From: an uncultured virus (IMG/VR IMGVR_UViG_3300034013_000904)
Lineage: Duplodnaviria > Heunggongvirae > Uroviricota > Caudoviricetes
Length of the DNA stretch: 64,000 bases
Direction: 5' to 3' (one strand)
Virus record (IMG/VR): IMGVR_UViG_3300034013_000904
This document shows positions 29,201-39,645 of the stretch, piece after piece; the stretch's first letter is position 1, and every line of letters starts with the position of its first letter. A model generated the notes under the pieces. The model was not told the DNA's origin, made no database searches, and was given only the letters and a program-made list of their open reading frames with translations. The position numbers were made by a program, and so were the translations under genes.

Positions 29201-30042
29201 ATGGGGCCAGTTGGGCTCATTTGGGGCACAACAAGTGGGACTGCTGCTTCTGCATTGTCAAATCCCAGTTGTTGTGCCAACTGATCCTCGGTCTGTCGGG
29301 TGTGACTGGGTGTTGCACCATGCATGATCAAAAGATCATCTCTTATGTGTTGACTTCTCTTTTCCAGTTGTAATATCTTGAGAAAACTTGTACTACTTAC
29401 GGTAGTATAATAAGCAAAGGGGTTTGAGCTTTTAGCTTCATCAAATTGAAGTCCCACTTGTGCCAATTGCACCAGTGCTTGCGCTTTCATTTCGTCAAGA
29501 TAAGTGTAACCTCTCCAGTTGCCTCTATGCCCATAGCGATCAACCAATTTGATCCACATAGCAGCCAGTCTATCAGTAATCCTACCGCCAGTTAAGGTGA
29601 ATTCACCCTTTTTGTGATGACTCTTGCCCACACATTTCCATTCATTGTTTTGGAAAATCCAATGTTGAAAAGGAGGGAAATTGCATCTGATGTGTTTTTC
29701 TGCCTGATTTTTGGCTTTGTCAGCTTTGGCAGGGTTTAACGGAATGTGCACAAAAGTCATAAGCCTCACAACAATTTCATCCAAAGGCACATTATCCAAT
29801 GTTAATGAAGATTCAAAAGTCTTGCTGCCGCTGGCTTTCTTTTCTTCAGCCATTTTGTTAGCTAGCTTTTTGTGTCGAGCAGCGTCCAAAACTTCTGGAG
29901 TTGCTGCTGCAAGATCATATACAATGACATCAAAATCAGTGTATTTTTTGTCAACAAATTCACAAAAAGTAAGCTTACTTTCATGGATTGCAGACAATAA
30001 ATCTTTGTTTGTTAGATATTTGATCTTGGGAACCAATGCCAT
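29197..30042 (-). CDS. gp55: Late-transcription sigma factor, gp55-like
   Basis: YLTNKDLL, NWRGYTYLDEM, FDEAKSSNPFAYYT; upstream of gp47/gp46 as in T4-like phages. Confidence 0.88.
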   Translation of the reverse strand: MALVPKIKYLTNKDLLSAIHESKLTFCEFVDKKYTDFDVIVYDLAAATPEVLDAARHKKLANKMAEEKKASGSKTFESSLTLDNVPLDEIVVRLMTFVHIPLNPAKADKAKNQAEKHIRCNFPPFQHWIFQNNEWKCVGKSHHKKGEFTLTGGRITDRLAAMWIKLVDRYGHRGNWRGYTYLDEMKAQALVQLAQVGLQFDEAKSSNPFAYYTTVSSTSFLKILQLEKRSQHIRDDLLIMHGATPSHTRQTEDQLAQQLGFDNAEAAVPLVVPQMSPTGPI

Positions 30043-30162
30043 TATAGTCCTTTGTGTTTGAAACCCTAAATTTTGTAATTGGTTACAGAAGAAGTCAAAA
30101 TGGACGCCTTGATCTGTTAAATAATTCAATAGATTGCCAAAAGATTATGTTGGGGCGTAACA

Positions 30163-32382
30163 ATGAAGCTGTTTGACTTATTACCAGTAGTAAATCTCTC
30201 TTTGACTGAGGCCAAAGCCCGTATCGAGCATCCAGAAGACATGATCTTCGATGAGGGGTTAGATGGTGCCAAAAGAGCTTTTCATATACTGAGCACAACT
30301 GCTCATCAACCCGAGTATGTTAGTATAAAAATGGATGGAACACCAGCCTTGATTTCTGGATGGAAAGACTATAAATTTGTGTTAACAGACAAAGCTGGAT
30401 TCAGCAGTAAAAAATACAATGGTTTAACCACAAGCCCTGAGGATATTGTCAATATGCTCATGAGCAGGAAAATGAAAGACACCAGCCCCAGTGCAAAGAG
30501 TGCTCGACTGGCATATGCCAACAAAATAGCCAGTCTCTACCCATTGTTGAAAAAAGTTACCCCAAAAGGATTTATCGGTTACGTTCAAGCGGATTTGTTG
30601 TGGACTGGTGTACCTCCCATTGTAGATGGGGCATATGAATTTACACCCAACAAAATAACTTATCGTGTGCCTGTCAACAGTCAATATGGTGAAATGATTG
30701 CCAACAGCAGTGCTGGCGTGGTCATGCACAGTGTTTATCAAAGCCCTGAAGATCAGGAACCAGAAGCCTTGCGAAACATTAGTCAATATGGCTTTCGCAC
30801 TGATCAAGGACTGGCTATCCTACCTCATGAAGCCACCATGCTCAAAAGTTTGAACCTGGATAAAAACTTAGTTGACAAATTATCCCACTTGTTTAGAGTG
30901 CATGCTGTAAGTGTGAAATCATTTTTGGACAGAGGACAACTAGCCAGTCATGAAATCTTGAGCCTTCCTGGCTTGATGAAAAGCTTTTTGGCCAAAAAGG
31001 CAGAACGTGGTAGTTCCACATTTAGCCATGTGAGTAGAGAGTTTTTGGAGTGGCTTACAGGGCTCAACAGTACTGCTAGCCCTGCAATGCAGGCCAAGTG
31101 TTTGAAATGGATTCAAAGCCACATCCATGGTTACAATAGCGTGTGGCGGATAGTAAGTTTGTTAACAAGTTTGAAGCTGGATCTCAAGAAACAAATGGAC
31201 CGTCAAACAGATGGGACAGTGGGTGCTAGTTTGGGTGGAGATCCAGGACATGAGGGATTTGTGGCTGTAACTCCCACTGGAATAGTGAAGTTTGTAAATC
31301 GTGCCCAATTTATGAGAAAAGGCGAGCCTGATTCATTGATGGAACAAGAACACAACCGGGTAGTTTGGACCTTTGGGAGGATGAATCCTCCCACTCGTGG
31401 TCATCAGCACTTGGTTAACACAATGGCCAAACACGCTGGCAAGGGTGACTATTGGATCTTTTTGAGTCACAGTCAAGACGGAAAAAAGAATCCATTGCCT
31501 TGGGCGGAAAAGCTGGAGTTTTTCCAAGAGATTATGTCTCAACACCAAGATCATGTGGTGCAGGATGAGAGCATCAAAACTCCGCTGCAAGCCGCAGAAT
31601 GGCTCTACAACAAAGGCTATAGACATTTTGTATTTGTTGCCGGCGAAGATCGTGTGCAGGGCATGAAAGACCTTTTTGACTCTTGGAACAGTCCAGAAAT
31701 ACGTGAAAAACATCAACGTCAACCAGTGACGATTGAAATTGTATCAGCTGGAGAACGGCATCCAGATGGCATTGGCGTTAGTGGAATAAGCGGCACCAAG
31801 GCACGTGAGGCTGTTTTGAACAAAGACAAAAAGGCTTTCCACCAAGCTGTGGGTTTGGATGATGAACTTTCCAATAGGCTGTTCCAATCAGTTCGACGCT
31901 ATCTCAAGCACCCTAGGAACACAGTAATGGAAGCTCATGAGCACGCTGCTGGCACCATAGTTGTTTTGAGCATGAGTCCCAAAAATGCTCGAGAGCTCAA
32001 AGAATGGTGTGAAAGTCAAGGTGTTCCCTGTATGAATACTGATGATCTTCACATGACTGTTTTGTATAGCCAAAAACCAGTGCCTCACCTCATGAGCATG
32101 CATGGTAACACTGTGGTTGTGCCAGCACAAATAAAAGGTTGGACCAAAATGGGCGACAAAGCCCTGTGCCTAGACCTAGATTGTGACCTGGCACACAAAT
32201 TTCATCATCATTTGAAGAGCAAGGGCGGAACTCACGATTTCCCCAACTTCATTCCACACAGCAGCGTAAATTACAATTGGTTGGAGAGAACAGACCTACC
32301 AAAAGTTTTGCCCAACTTTCCTCTGCTGTTTGATCAGATTCATGTCAAGCCAATTGATCCCCGATACGGAAACAAAAGCTAA
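30163..32382 (+). CDS. Three-domain protein: ligase-type nucleotidyltransferase, HIGH-family cytidylyltransferase-like domain, 2H phosphoesterase (T4 57B/Acb1-like)
   Basis: KMDG..QADLL..EGFV..KFV; FGRMNPPTRGH..AGEDR..ISGTKAR; LHMTVLYS..PHSS. Confidence 0.75.
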   Translation: MKLFDLLPVVNLSLTEAKARIEHPEDMIFDEGLDGAKRAFHILSTTAHQPEYVSIKMDGTPALISGWKDYKFVLTDKAGFSSKKYNGLTTSPEDIVNMLMSRKMKDTSPSAKSARLAYANKIASLYPLLKKVTPKGFIGYVQADLLWTGVPPIVDGAYEFTPNKITYRVPVNSQYGEMIANSSAGVVMHSVYQSPEDQEPEALRNISQYGFRTDQGLAILPHEATMLKSLNLDKNLVDKLSHLFRVHAVSVKSFLDRGQLASHEILSLPGLMKSFLAKKAERGSSTFSHVSREFLEWLTGLNSTASPAMQAKCLKWIQSHIHGYNSVWRIVSLLTSLKLDLKKQMDRQTDGTVGASLGGDPGHEGFVAVTPTGIVKFVNRAQFMRKGEPDSLMEQEHNRVVWTFGRMNPPTRGHQHLVNTMAKHAGKGDYWIFLSHSQDGKKNPLPWAEKLEFFQEIMSQHQDHVVQDESIKTPLQAAEWLYNKGYRHFVFVAGEDRVQGMKDLFDSWNSPEIREKHQRQPVTIEIVSAGERHPDGIGVSGISGTKAREAVLNKDKKAFHQAVGLDDELSNRLFQSVRRYLKHPRNTVMEAHEHAAGTIVVLSMSPKNARELKEWCESQGVPCMNTDDLHMTVLYSQKPVPHLMSMHGNTVVVPAQIKGWTKMGDKALCLDLDCDLAHKFHHHLKSKGGTHDFPNFIPHSSVNYNWLERTDLPKVLPNFPLLFDQIHVKPIDPRYGNKS

Positions 32383-33212
32383 ACAGCTACACCTGTCAAC
32401 TGCTCAATCCTTGCAGCTTCTTCTTCTGATTTGCGTTGCTCACTGGGAGATTTCTGCTTAAACTTCCCAGTTTTCACATCCATTGTGGGTTTGCCAGTGG
32501 GCCCTAATTTATCCAAGCTCCTTAGAGTTTGAATCAACTCAGTCAACCCTTGATGAATAGCCCTATTGCCTTTGATGGCTCGTTGAATAGTTTCAACACT
32601 TTGGAAGCTGTCGTGAGTGAATCTGGGCCCCAATAGCTTTTGTGCAATCACATCAGGATCAGTGGAGATAACAGATTCATCTTCCCGATTCAACAGTCCA
32701 CGTTGCCAACTGTATTTCATTCCCAATGCTTTGGCAATACTGCTCATGAGTTGATTTCTTTCTGCACCAGTGTAGTTGCTGGCGTCTCCTGGACTCTGCA
32801 TGCTGAATTTCATCCATTGAGGATCATCATGGAAGAAAAAGTCAGTTTGCACGAAGCCATTCTTGGGATCACCTGCAATTGGTGTCAACAGATGAACTTC
32901 TCCAGCAGGCTTCACATACTCTTTGGGGTTCAAACCTTGGCTCAACACCCAGTTTTGGAGACTTTGGGCAAATTGGGCTTTTGACATTTTCTTGCTGTCG
33001 ACTACAATGTCGATATCCCCACTGCTGGCTTTTTTGCCAACACTGCCCAAGGTCATGCCATGCATAGGCAGCCCTGTGATTTTTTCCAGCCAATCCAACG
33101 TGGGACTGATCAAAGCCAGTGGGATACGAGTGGTGCGTGGATAGCCATCTGAGGTTTTGAATACGTTGCCGCCTTCAAAAACTAATTGTGGGGAGAGTTC
33201 AAACTGTTTCAT
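32379..33212 (-). CDS. Pol-beta superfamily nucleotidyltransferase
   Basis: LGSVGKKASSGDIDIVVD and VQTDF; late promoter at 33220-33225. Confidence 0.7.
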   Translation of the reverse strand: MKQFELSPQLVFEGGNVFKTSDGYPRTTRIPLALISPTLDWLEKITGLPMHGMTLGSVGKKASSGDIDIVVDSKKMSKAQFAQSLQNWVLSQGLNPKEYVKPAGEVHLLTPIAGDPKNGFVQTDFFFHDDPQWMKFSMQSPGDASNYTGAERNQLMSSIAKALGMKYSWQRGLLNREDESVISTDPDVIAQKLLGPRFTHDSFQSVETIQRAIKGNRAIHQGLTELIQTLRSLDKLGPTGKPTMDVKTGKFKQKSPSEQRKSEEEAARIEQLTGVAV

Positions 33213-33284
33213 GATCTAGTATTTAGATTCCAGCTGGTTTCCAGCACATAAATATTTGGCTAATATTTTTGAGGAAAGAATTGC

Positions 33285-34244
33285 ATGCCTAGATTTGGTG
33301 GTTTTGGTGTTAACACTGGTTCTTTGGTTGGTGGACTTGTAAACAACGTTGTGGGGTCGGCTGCCTCTGCTATTTTTCCACGCGGGGTGTTTGGCGGTTT
33401 TGGAATTGGAGATGGTGTGAATTTGTTGGGAACACTCAACAATCAAGATCCCACTAACCGACGTGTAAGCCTGCGGCCCAGACCAGCTGCTGCTAATCGC
33501 GTGTTGGGCAAGGGATTATTGGATCCTTTGCGAGAAACAAACAATGGCATGGTTTGGCCCTACACACCTACAATCAACTATCAACAAGACATTGATTATC
33601 AAACCATTAGCACTGTACATACAAACCAAGACTTTCATATATTTGCACGTACTCCTGCAACTTCATTCAGTGTGGATGGTCAATTCACTGTTCAAAATCA
33701 AAAAGAAGGACGCTATGCCTTGGCATGCATACACTTTTTGAGAACCATGAGCAAGATGCATTTTGGTGAAAATGACAAAGATGCAGGCACACCTCCTCCT
33801 ATTCTCTTGTTCAATGCCTACGGTCCCTTTGTGTTCAACAACTTGCCAGTCATAGTCAAGAGCTATAGTATTGGATTTCCAGATGATGTAGACTATGTTC
33901 AAGTGGCTAGTGGGCTGCCTGCTACTAATCAACCTACAGTGCGACCCACACCAATAATTAGGTCGCCACAACAGCTTGAAGATGCTGGCGAACCTGGCCT
34001 AGCGTTGCAAGGTTTGCCTGGTGTTACCCAGCCTGCAAACCGGAATTGGGACGATCCATTGAACAATCCTCCTGGAGCCAGTGTTCAACAACAAACACCG
34101 TCAGCTACAAAAGGTGTTTGGTTACCCAGCTTGTTTAAAATTTCAGTAACATTGATTGTGCAACACACTCCTACCACATTGCGGAAGAGATTCGAGTTGC
34201 CCAAATACATCAATGGTGACCCAAGTCAAAGTGATTTCATCTAA
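33285..34244 (+). CDS. Baseplate / tail-tube-initiator-like protein
   Basis: WPYTPTI, GTPPPILLFNAYG..FNNLPVIVKSYSI.FP.DVDY; first gene of the baseplate operon. Confidence 0.65.
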   Translation: MPRFGGFGVNTGSLVGGLVNNVVGSAASAIFPRGVFGGFGIGDGVNLLGTLNNQDPTNRRVSLRPRPAAANRVLGKGLLDPLRETNNGMVWPYTPTINYQQDIDYQTISTVHTNQDFHIFARTPATSFSVDGQFTVQNQKEGRYALACIHFLRTMSKMHFGENDKDAGTPPPILLFNAYGPFVFNNLPVIVKSYSIGFPDDVDYVQVASGLPATNQPTVRPTPIIRSPQQLEDAGEPGLALQGLPGVTQPANRNWDDPLNNPPGASVQQQTPSATKGVWLPSLFKISVTLIVQHTPTTLRKRFELPKYINGDPSQSDFI

Positions 34245-34543
34245 TGACAACAGTAACTTATCTACGCAGTAGTCCTTACTATCGTACTCCACAAAACACT
34301 ACATATCTGGATTTTTGGCGACCTCCATTGCTCACAAGAACAACTGACGATCTAATTGTTACTTTGGCACAACGGCATCTACATCGGCCTGACTTATTGA
34401 GTTTTGAACTATATCAGAATCCCCGGGCATGGTGGGCGTTTGCTATCCTAAATCCTGATCAAATTGTGGATCCAATTTATGATTTCGTTCCTGGGATAAC
34501 AATTTATGCACCTAACCAGCTTAGTATAGAAAGTAGTTTGTAA
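34244..34543 (+). CDS. Baseplate wedge protein, gp53/LysM-like
   Basis: HRPDLLSFELY..WWAFA..NP..DPIYDF.PG..IY.P. Confidence 0.75.
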   Translation: MTTVTYLRSSPYYRTPQNTTYLDFWRPPLLTRTTDDLIVTLAQRHLHRPDLLSFELYQNPRAWWAFAILNPDQIVDPIYDFVPGITIYAPNQLSIESSL

Positions 34544-36852
34544 TGGCTACCCCACTTGTGACTAATCATTATCTTCGACGCATTTTAAGTGAGCTCGCTC
34601 TTAAAGGCCTAAATTTCAGCCCAGAAGATAATATGCTAAATTCTCATGACAGATACACATATCATTTACAATTAGTTTTGGTAAATGATAGAGAAGCTGA
34701 TGAAGATGATATTGATGAAAAATTGTACCTAAATGAGGTTAGATATGTTGTTGTGGCTGAAAGTGGAGTTACGGCTGGGTTCAATATAATAGAATGTGAA
34801 ATAAAAGATGCTGTAAGCCATAATTTTCGTACTAAAAATGCAACCTCAGTAGAAGTAGACATGGTGATTGCAGAACCGTATAATATGAGCTTACCTGACA
34901 AAATTTTTGAAAGCAGCAAGCAACTAGGTAACCTTAATTGGCGATTAGCTCCTATATTTTTGATGTTATGGTTCAACTATTACGATGCTGACGGAAATAT
35001 AGTTGCCAATGCCCAAAGAAAGTTTTTTAAAGTCTACAAACTTAATATAGTTGATTTGTCGAATACACTTACGGCTGCAGGAACCATTTATAGAATGAAA
35101 GCCGCTGTTAATAATAATATGGCATTCAAAAACTCATTCTATCTTTTACCACAAACTTATACTATTGAACTAGGAAGTGGAAGGATAGGCATTTCTGATC
35201 CAGGAGGGGTACTGCCTGGGCAAAATATTATAGACTTTGATAAAACAGTTGGTGAATTTTTTGGAAAATTGGAAGATGAACTAAATCAGTTTTATATTGA
35301 TTTAAGAAGTAGTCAACGGCCACAAGATCAACAAACACAGGTTGTAATTTATCAATTTTTCATTGAGGAGGCATTGAGAAATCAAAAAATCCAGTTTAGC
35401 CCACAAATCAACAACCGGCGTGCTAGTTTTAGGCAAGTAGGAGACAAAGTTCAATTTATTGCTGGTAAAGGCATAAGCATTGGTGCGTTAGTAGATGACG
35501 TCTGTGCATCAATTCAAGACATTACATTTTTTATACCAGATGATAGGTCAGGTATCATAAAAGTTCCTTGGATTGAGTGTGTAGTAAAAAACATTGGGTG
35601 GGACTACATAAGAAATGATTATATAAGGCAATTCCAATTTTATATTGGAGTTAAACAGACCCGCAGAGCTATAGCTAGCCAAGAATTTGGCCGAGCTTTC
35701 CAACTTGTAAACGAATTTCACGATGCTAGATTAGCAAGTATTAATACTGGGACTGTTAAGCTACTGAAAAAGGCTTATTTGTATTTTTACACAGGAAACA
35801 ACACAGAGATTATAAATCTTGATGTTCAATTCAATGCACTGCATTGGATACCTTTGCCTATGACAAATGAAACAGTTTTGCCAAGTGCATTTAGTGCACT
35901 GCGTACTTCTCTAGGCGACTTACAAAGCGCCTTAGCTCGTAGACAGACTGCGCTTCAAGAATACGATCAAACTCAACAAGAGTTACTTAGATTGCGGAGG
36001 CTTAGGGCTGGCGCACAGGCGTCTGATGCTGTTGTATTAGACACTCAAATTGCTGCTGGTGAGCGTCGTTTACGAGAAATAGAACAAGAAGATGAGGCAG
36101 CGCGCCGTGCCTTAGCTCAAGGGTCGTTAGTAGTATTTGACCCAAATGTGGCTCAGACATTAGAAGACGCATATGGACGTTTTGGTCAAGATCAATCTCC
36201 AGTAACCGGCTTACGGGAGCAGCTCCAAAGAGAGCGGGATGCTGCACGAACAAGGCGAAGACGTGTTGAATTTAGTGAGGACGAATTTAGTAGTAATAAT
36301 AGGACATTGCCTGCTCAGCTTACCTACATCCAAGATACTAGAGATATTATAAATCAACTAAGGCCTCAGACTGCTACTGATACGGATGTTCGTAAAGTTT
36401 ATGCCAGTGTAACACAACAAATTTATGCTCGCATGCAAGATATGGTGAATATCACAATGGAGATACGTGGTGATCCTTACTGGTTAGGGGCTTCAAATAT
36501 AGAAAGAGATAGACAGTTGAGAAGTTATATACAACAGACATATTTTGGTCAACAGTCAGGAGTTCCAGTCTATATAGATGAATACGCCGTTTACCAACCT
36601 TACGATGCATTTTTTATGTTGGCTTTCCGGGCAGGAACTATTCCTGACGAAAACACAGGGTTTATGGACTTGCGTGATGATGTTGATTTTTTCAATGCTC
36701 TCTATATGATGGTGCAAGTAACACACATATTCAGAGACGGGAAATTTACCCAACGATGTGAAGCAACCCGTGACCTTTTGAGTAATTTGGGCGACTCGCG
36801 AACAGAGTTTGGTACTGTACCGGCAGTTTTGAGAACAGGTATAAATCAATAA
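34543..36852 (+). CDS. Baseplate hub protein, gp27-like position
   Basis: MEIRGDPYWL and Y.MVQVTH.F.DGKFTQ near the C-terminus; directly upstream of the gp5-like gene. Confidence 0.6.
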   Translation: MATPLVTNHYLRRILSELALKGLNFSPEDNMLNSHDRYTYHLQLVLVNDREADEDDIDEKLYLNEVRYVVVAESGVTAGFNIIECEIKDAVSHNFRTKNATSVEVDMVIAEPYNMSLPDKIFESSKQLGNLNWRLAPIFLMLWFNYYDADGNIVANAQRKFFKVYKLNIVDLSNTLTAAGTIYRMKAAVNNNMAFKNSFYLLPQTYTIELGSGRIGISDPGGVLPGQNIIDFDKTVGEFFGKLEDELNQFYIDLRSSQRPQDQQTQVVIYQFFIEEALRNQKIQFSPQINNRRASFRQVGDKVQFIAGKGISIGALVDDVCASIQDITFFIPDDRSGIIKVPWIECVVKNIGWDYIRNDYIRQFQFYIGVKQTRRAIASQEFGRAFQLVNEFHDARLASINTGTVKLLKKAYLYFYTGNNTEIINLDVQFNALHWIPLPMTNETVLPSAFSALRTSLGDLQSALARRQTALQEYDQTQQELLRLRRLRAGAQASDAVVLDTQIAAGERRLREIEQEDEAARRALAQGSLVVFDPNVAQTLEDAYGRFGQDQSPVTGLREQLQRERDAARTRRRRVEFSEDEFSSNNRTLPAQLTYIQDTRDIINQLRPQTATDTDVRKVYASVTQQIYARMQDMVNITMEIRGDPYWLGASNIERDRQLRSYIQQTYFGQQSGVPVYIDEYAVYQPYDAFFMLAFRAGTIPDENTGFMDLRDDVDFFNALYMMVQVTHIFRDGKFTQRCEATRDLLSNLGDSRTEFGTVPAVLRTGINQ

Positions 36853-36867
36853 TTTGAGAAGCTATAA

Positions 36868-39645
36868 ATGGCAACATTAAAACAAACAGTAAATTTACCT
36901 GGAGCTTATGAGCTAGAGCCTGGGGGGCTACGTGCCACCTGGGACAAAATTTATCTTGGCCTAATACGAGACGTAAATGATGCTCGCAACATGGGACGTA
37001 TCCGAGTTTGGATCCCTGAACTTGGTGGAGCAATCAATAATGAAGCAACGTGGATCATTTGTGATTACGCCAGTCCATTTGCTGGGGCATCAAACGTAGC
37101 TGATGTAAACCTAAATCCCACAAGCTCACAAACAGACTATGGTATGACATTCATACCACCTGACCTCAATAACCAAGTGCTGGTTTGTTTCATAAATGGC
37201 GATCCTAGCCGAGGGGTTTGGTTTGGATGTTTGTTCCAAGTTGACCGCAATCATATGACTCCCAGCACTCCTGCCAGCACTCCTGCCAGCAATCCACAAG
37301 AGCAGAACCCAAATATATTCACTGGTGAATCACCAACGTTTTTATCAGGTTACGATGCAGCTCGAGAATCTGGAGGAGTTAACCTCCCTATTGAACAAGG
37401 TGGACCAGCACCGAGAGGTATGCAACAGGGTATTCGCACTATGGGTATCCGAACCCCATATGGGCACACCTTCGTTATGGACGACACCCCAGAAGACGCT
37501 TTCATCCGCCTGCAAACTCGTGGCCTAGCTCAAATTGTTATTCATGATACAAAAGATAGAATCATAATCAACACTGGTCCAAACAGAGCCAGGATAGAGA
37601 TGGACAAAGAAGGCAACATTGACATTTTTGGACAAAAGAGTGTAAGTGTCAGTGCCGGACAAGACATCAATTTACATGCTGACAGAGATGTGAATATTGA
37701 AGCTGGTGGCAGCATCAAAATGAGAAGCCTAGATGAAACACGCATGTTCAGCAAAAAGCCCTTCAACATCAGCAGTGGTGGAGATGTTTTGTTGTTCAGT
37801 CAAGGAAATATGCATCTTGTCAGTAATTCAAATATCTACAACACTGCTGTAGGCAGCCTACAATACAGAAGCAATTATGGCATATTTCTCACCACTCAAG
37901 AAAGCAACATTGACATCAAAAACTTGACTGGTAATATTCGCTTGTTTGCAGGAGGCAATGTTGATGCCAGCAGCACAGGTGACGTAAGGTTAAGAAGCAC
38001 AAATGGTAACTTAAATTTAGTTGCCAGTGCTGATGTAAAAGTTCAAAGCACAGGTACCTTGAATTTAGTAGGTGGTGCTGATGTCAAAGTTCAAGGCAAT
38101 GGATCTGTAAACTTGCGTTCTGGTGCAGGAAGTGTGAACACTGGTCCAAAAACAGTCTTGAATGTTGCTAATTTACCAGATGCAGCCAAGCCCACCAATC
38201 CAGATAATCCCATAACTGCTGTACCAGGAGTAGTTGCATTATCGCCTGACATTCGAACGGAAGAAAGAGTGCAGTTGCAGAATGTAGTGAGTCCTGCAAG
38301 AAGCATTCAGATTGTTCAAACCATTGTCAGCAGACTGCCAGGAGCTGATCCTTGGAGACAAAGAAGTGTTTCAGGCCCAGGTTATTCCAACACAGGCCTA
38401 GTGCAGAGGAAAATCACTCCACCTGAAAGCACTTACAAAGTGGGGCAAGTGAGTCCAGCACAAGACAAACCACTCCAAGTATATGGAATAGTGAATGGTC
38501 AAACTGGCTTGCACATTGGGCAAAGTTGGGACGAAGGTGGGACTCCACAATATGAATTCAAACCGTTGGGTCCCAGAGTATTGCTCCCCTCCACAGAGTG
38601 GACAGTTAACAACCGTGGTATTCAAATCATAATTGATCATGAAGGTTTGGGTGGCAATTTGATTGGCAAGCCCTTTGACGATGCATGCAAAAGCGGGCAA
38701 AAGCTGTTGGGTTATGGTCATTTGTTATCAAGTGAAGAACTTCAAAACAACACAGTTACCTTGAATGCAACAGACGATTCTGGCACTCAGATCAGCACGC
38801 AATTGAATGTTGGAGAGGGTATAAGCGAAACCAATATGAAGGTGTTGTTGAAAACAGACATCAAAAAAATTGAAGGCAAGATTCACAGCAGCATTGGTAG
38901 CAACCTATTAACACAAGATCAGTTCAATAGTTTAGCAGACTTCATCTACAACATTGGCTCTGACAACTTTGACAAGAGCGGCATCACTGGCATGATCAGC
39001 AGCGGAGACTACAACAAAGTTCCAAATGAAATGAGTCGATGGATTTTGGCTTGTAACAACGAAGAAAAGTTTGAACTCAAAACTCGCCGTCTCAACAACG
39101 CATTTTTGTTCAGTGGCCAAGCTAGACCTGATGCAGACTTCAGTGCAGCAGCAAGTGGGGCTGGCAAAGGATTTGATTCCAATCAAGCCAAAAAAGCTTG
39201 GTGTTACTTGAAGGGCAAAGGTTATCAACCCGAACACATTGCTGGCTTGCTGGGCAATTTCACTATTGAAAGTGCCTTGAATCCCCGAGTGGACAGCAAC
39301 CCCACCTTCAAAGGCTTGGCTCAATGGAATTCCGATCGTTTCAAAAATATGCCACGGGCTATTGGTGTAAGTTGGCCACAATTGAGTCAACTATCAAACG
39401 ACACTGCCTTGTATAAAAGCCTAGACTTTGTGGATTGGGAATTCAAGAACACACATCGCAGTGCCTACTCCAAGATGTTGGCAACCAACAGTCCTGAGTC
39501 AGCAGCTAGAGCAGTAAATGAATACTACGAGATCAGTTCATCAGGGCTGTTGGGACGGCAGGGAACAATTACCCCAGAAGCTCAAAACAGATTCAATACA
39601 GCAAAGACCATTTTTGATCAACTGAATGGAACTCAGTGCGGCTAA
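36868..39645 (+). CDS. Baseplate spike, gp5/VgrG-like, with GH24-like lysozyme and a second phage-tail-lysozyme domain
   Basis: OB fold (GRIRVWIPEL..PPDLNNQVLVCF..GD), RTPYGHTFVMDD, beta-helix repeats, HEG..GYGH..QFNSLADFIYNIG, AGLLGNF..ES..GLAQW. Confidence 0.85.
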   Translation: MATLKQTVNLPGAYELEPGGLRATWDKIYLGLIRDVNDARNMGRIRVWIPELGGAINNEATWIICDYASPFAGASNVADVNLNPTSSQTDYGMTFIPPDLNNQVLVCFINGDPSRGVWFGCLFQVDRNHMTPSTPASTPASNPQEQNPNIFTGESPTFLSGYDAARESGGVNLPIEQGGPAPRGMQQGIRTMGIRTPYGHTFVMDDTPEDAFIRLQTRGLAQIVIHDTKDRIIINTGPNRARIEMDKEGNIDIFGQKSVSVSAGQDINLHADRDVNIEAGGSIKMRSLDETRMFSKKPFNISSGGDVLLFSQGNMHLVSNSNIYNTAVGSLQYRSNYGIFLTTQESNIDIKNLTGNIRLFAGGNVDASSTGDVRLRSTNGNLNLVASADVKVQSTGTLNLVGGADVKVQGNGSVNLRSGAGSVNTGPKTVLNVANLPDAAKPTNPDNPITAVPGVVALSPDIRTEERVQLQNVVSPARSIQIVQTIVSRLPGADPWRQRSVSGPGYSNTGLVQRKITPPESTYKVGQVSPAQDKPLQVYGIVNGQTGLHIGQSWDEGGTPQYEFKPLGPRVLLPSTEWTVNNRGIQIIIDHEGLGGNLIGKPFDDACKSGQKLLGYGHLLSSEELQNNTVTLNATDDSGTQISTQLNVGEGISETNMKVLLKTDIKKIEGKIHSSIGSNLLTQDQFNSLADFIYNIGSDNFDKSGITGMISSGDYNKVPNEMSRWILACNNEEKFELKTRRLNNAFLFSGQARPDADFSAAASGAGKGFDSNQAKKAWCYLKGKGYQPEHIAGLLGNFTIESALNPRVDSNPTFKGLAQWNSDRFKNMPRAIGVSWPQLSQLSNDTALYKSLDFVDWEFKNTHRSAYSKMLATNSPESAARAVNEYYEISSSGLLGRQGTITPEAQNRFNTAKTIFDQLNGTQCG

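Noticed and set aside
37261..37290. Short tandem repeat CCAGCACTCCTG inside the gp5-like gene
   Set aside because: Encodes a PSTPASTPAS linker; no sign of separate function
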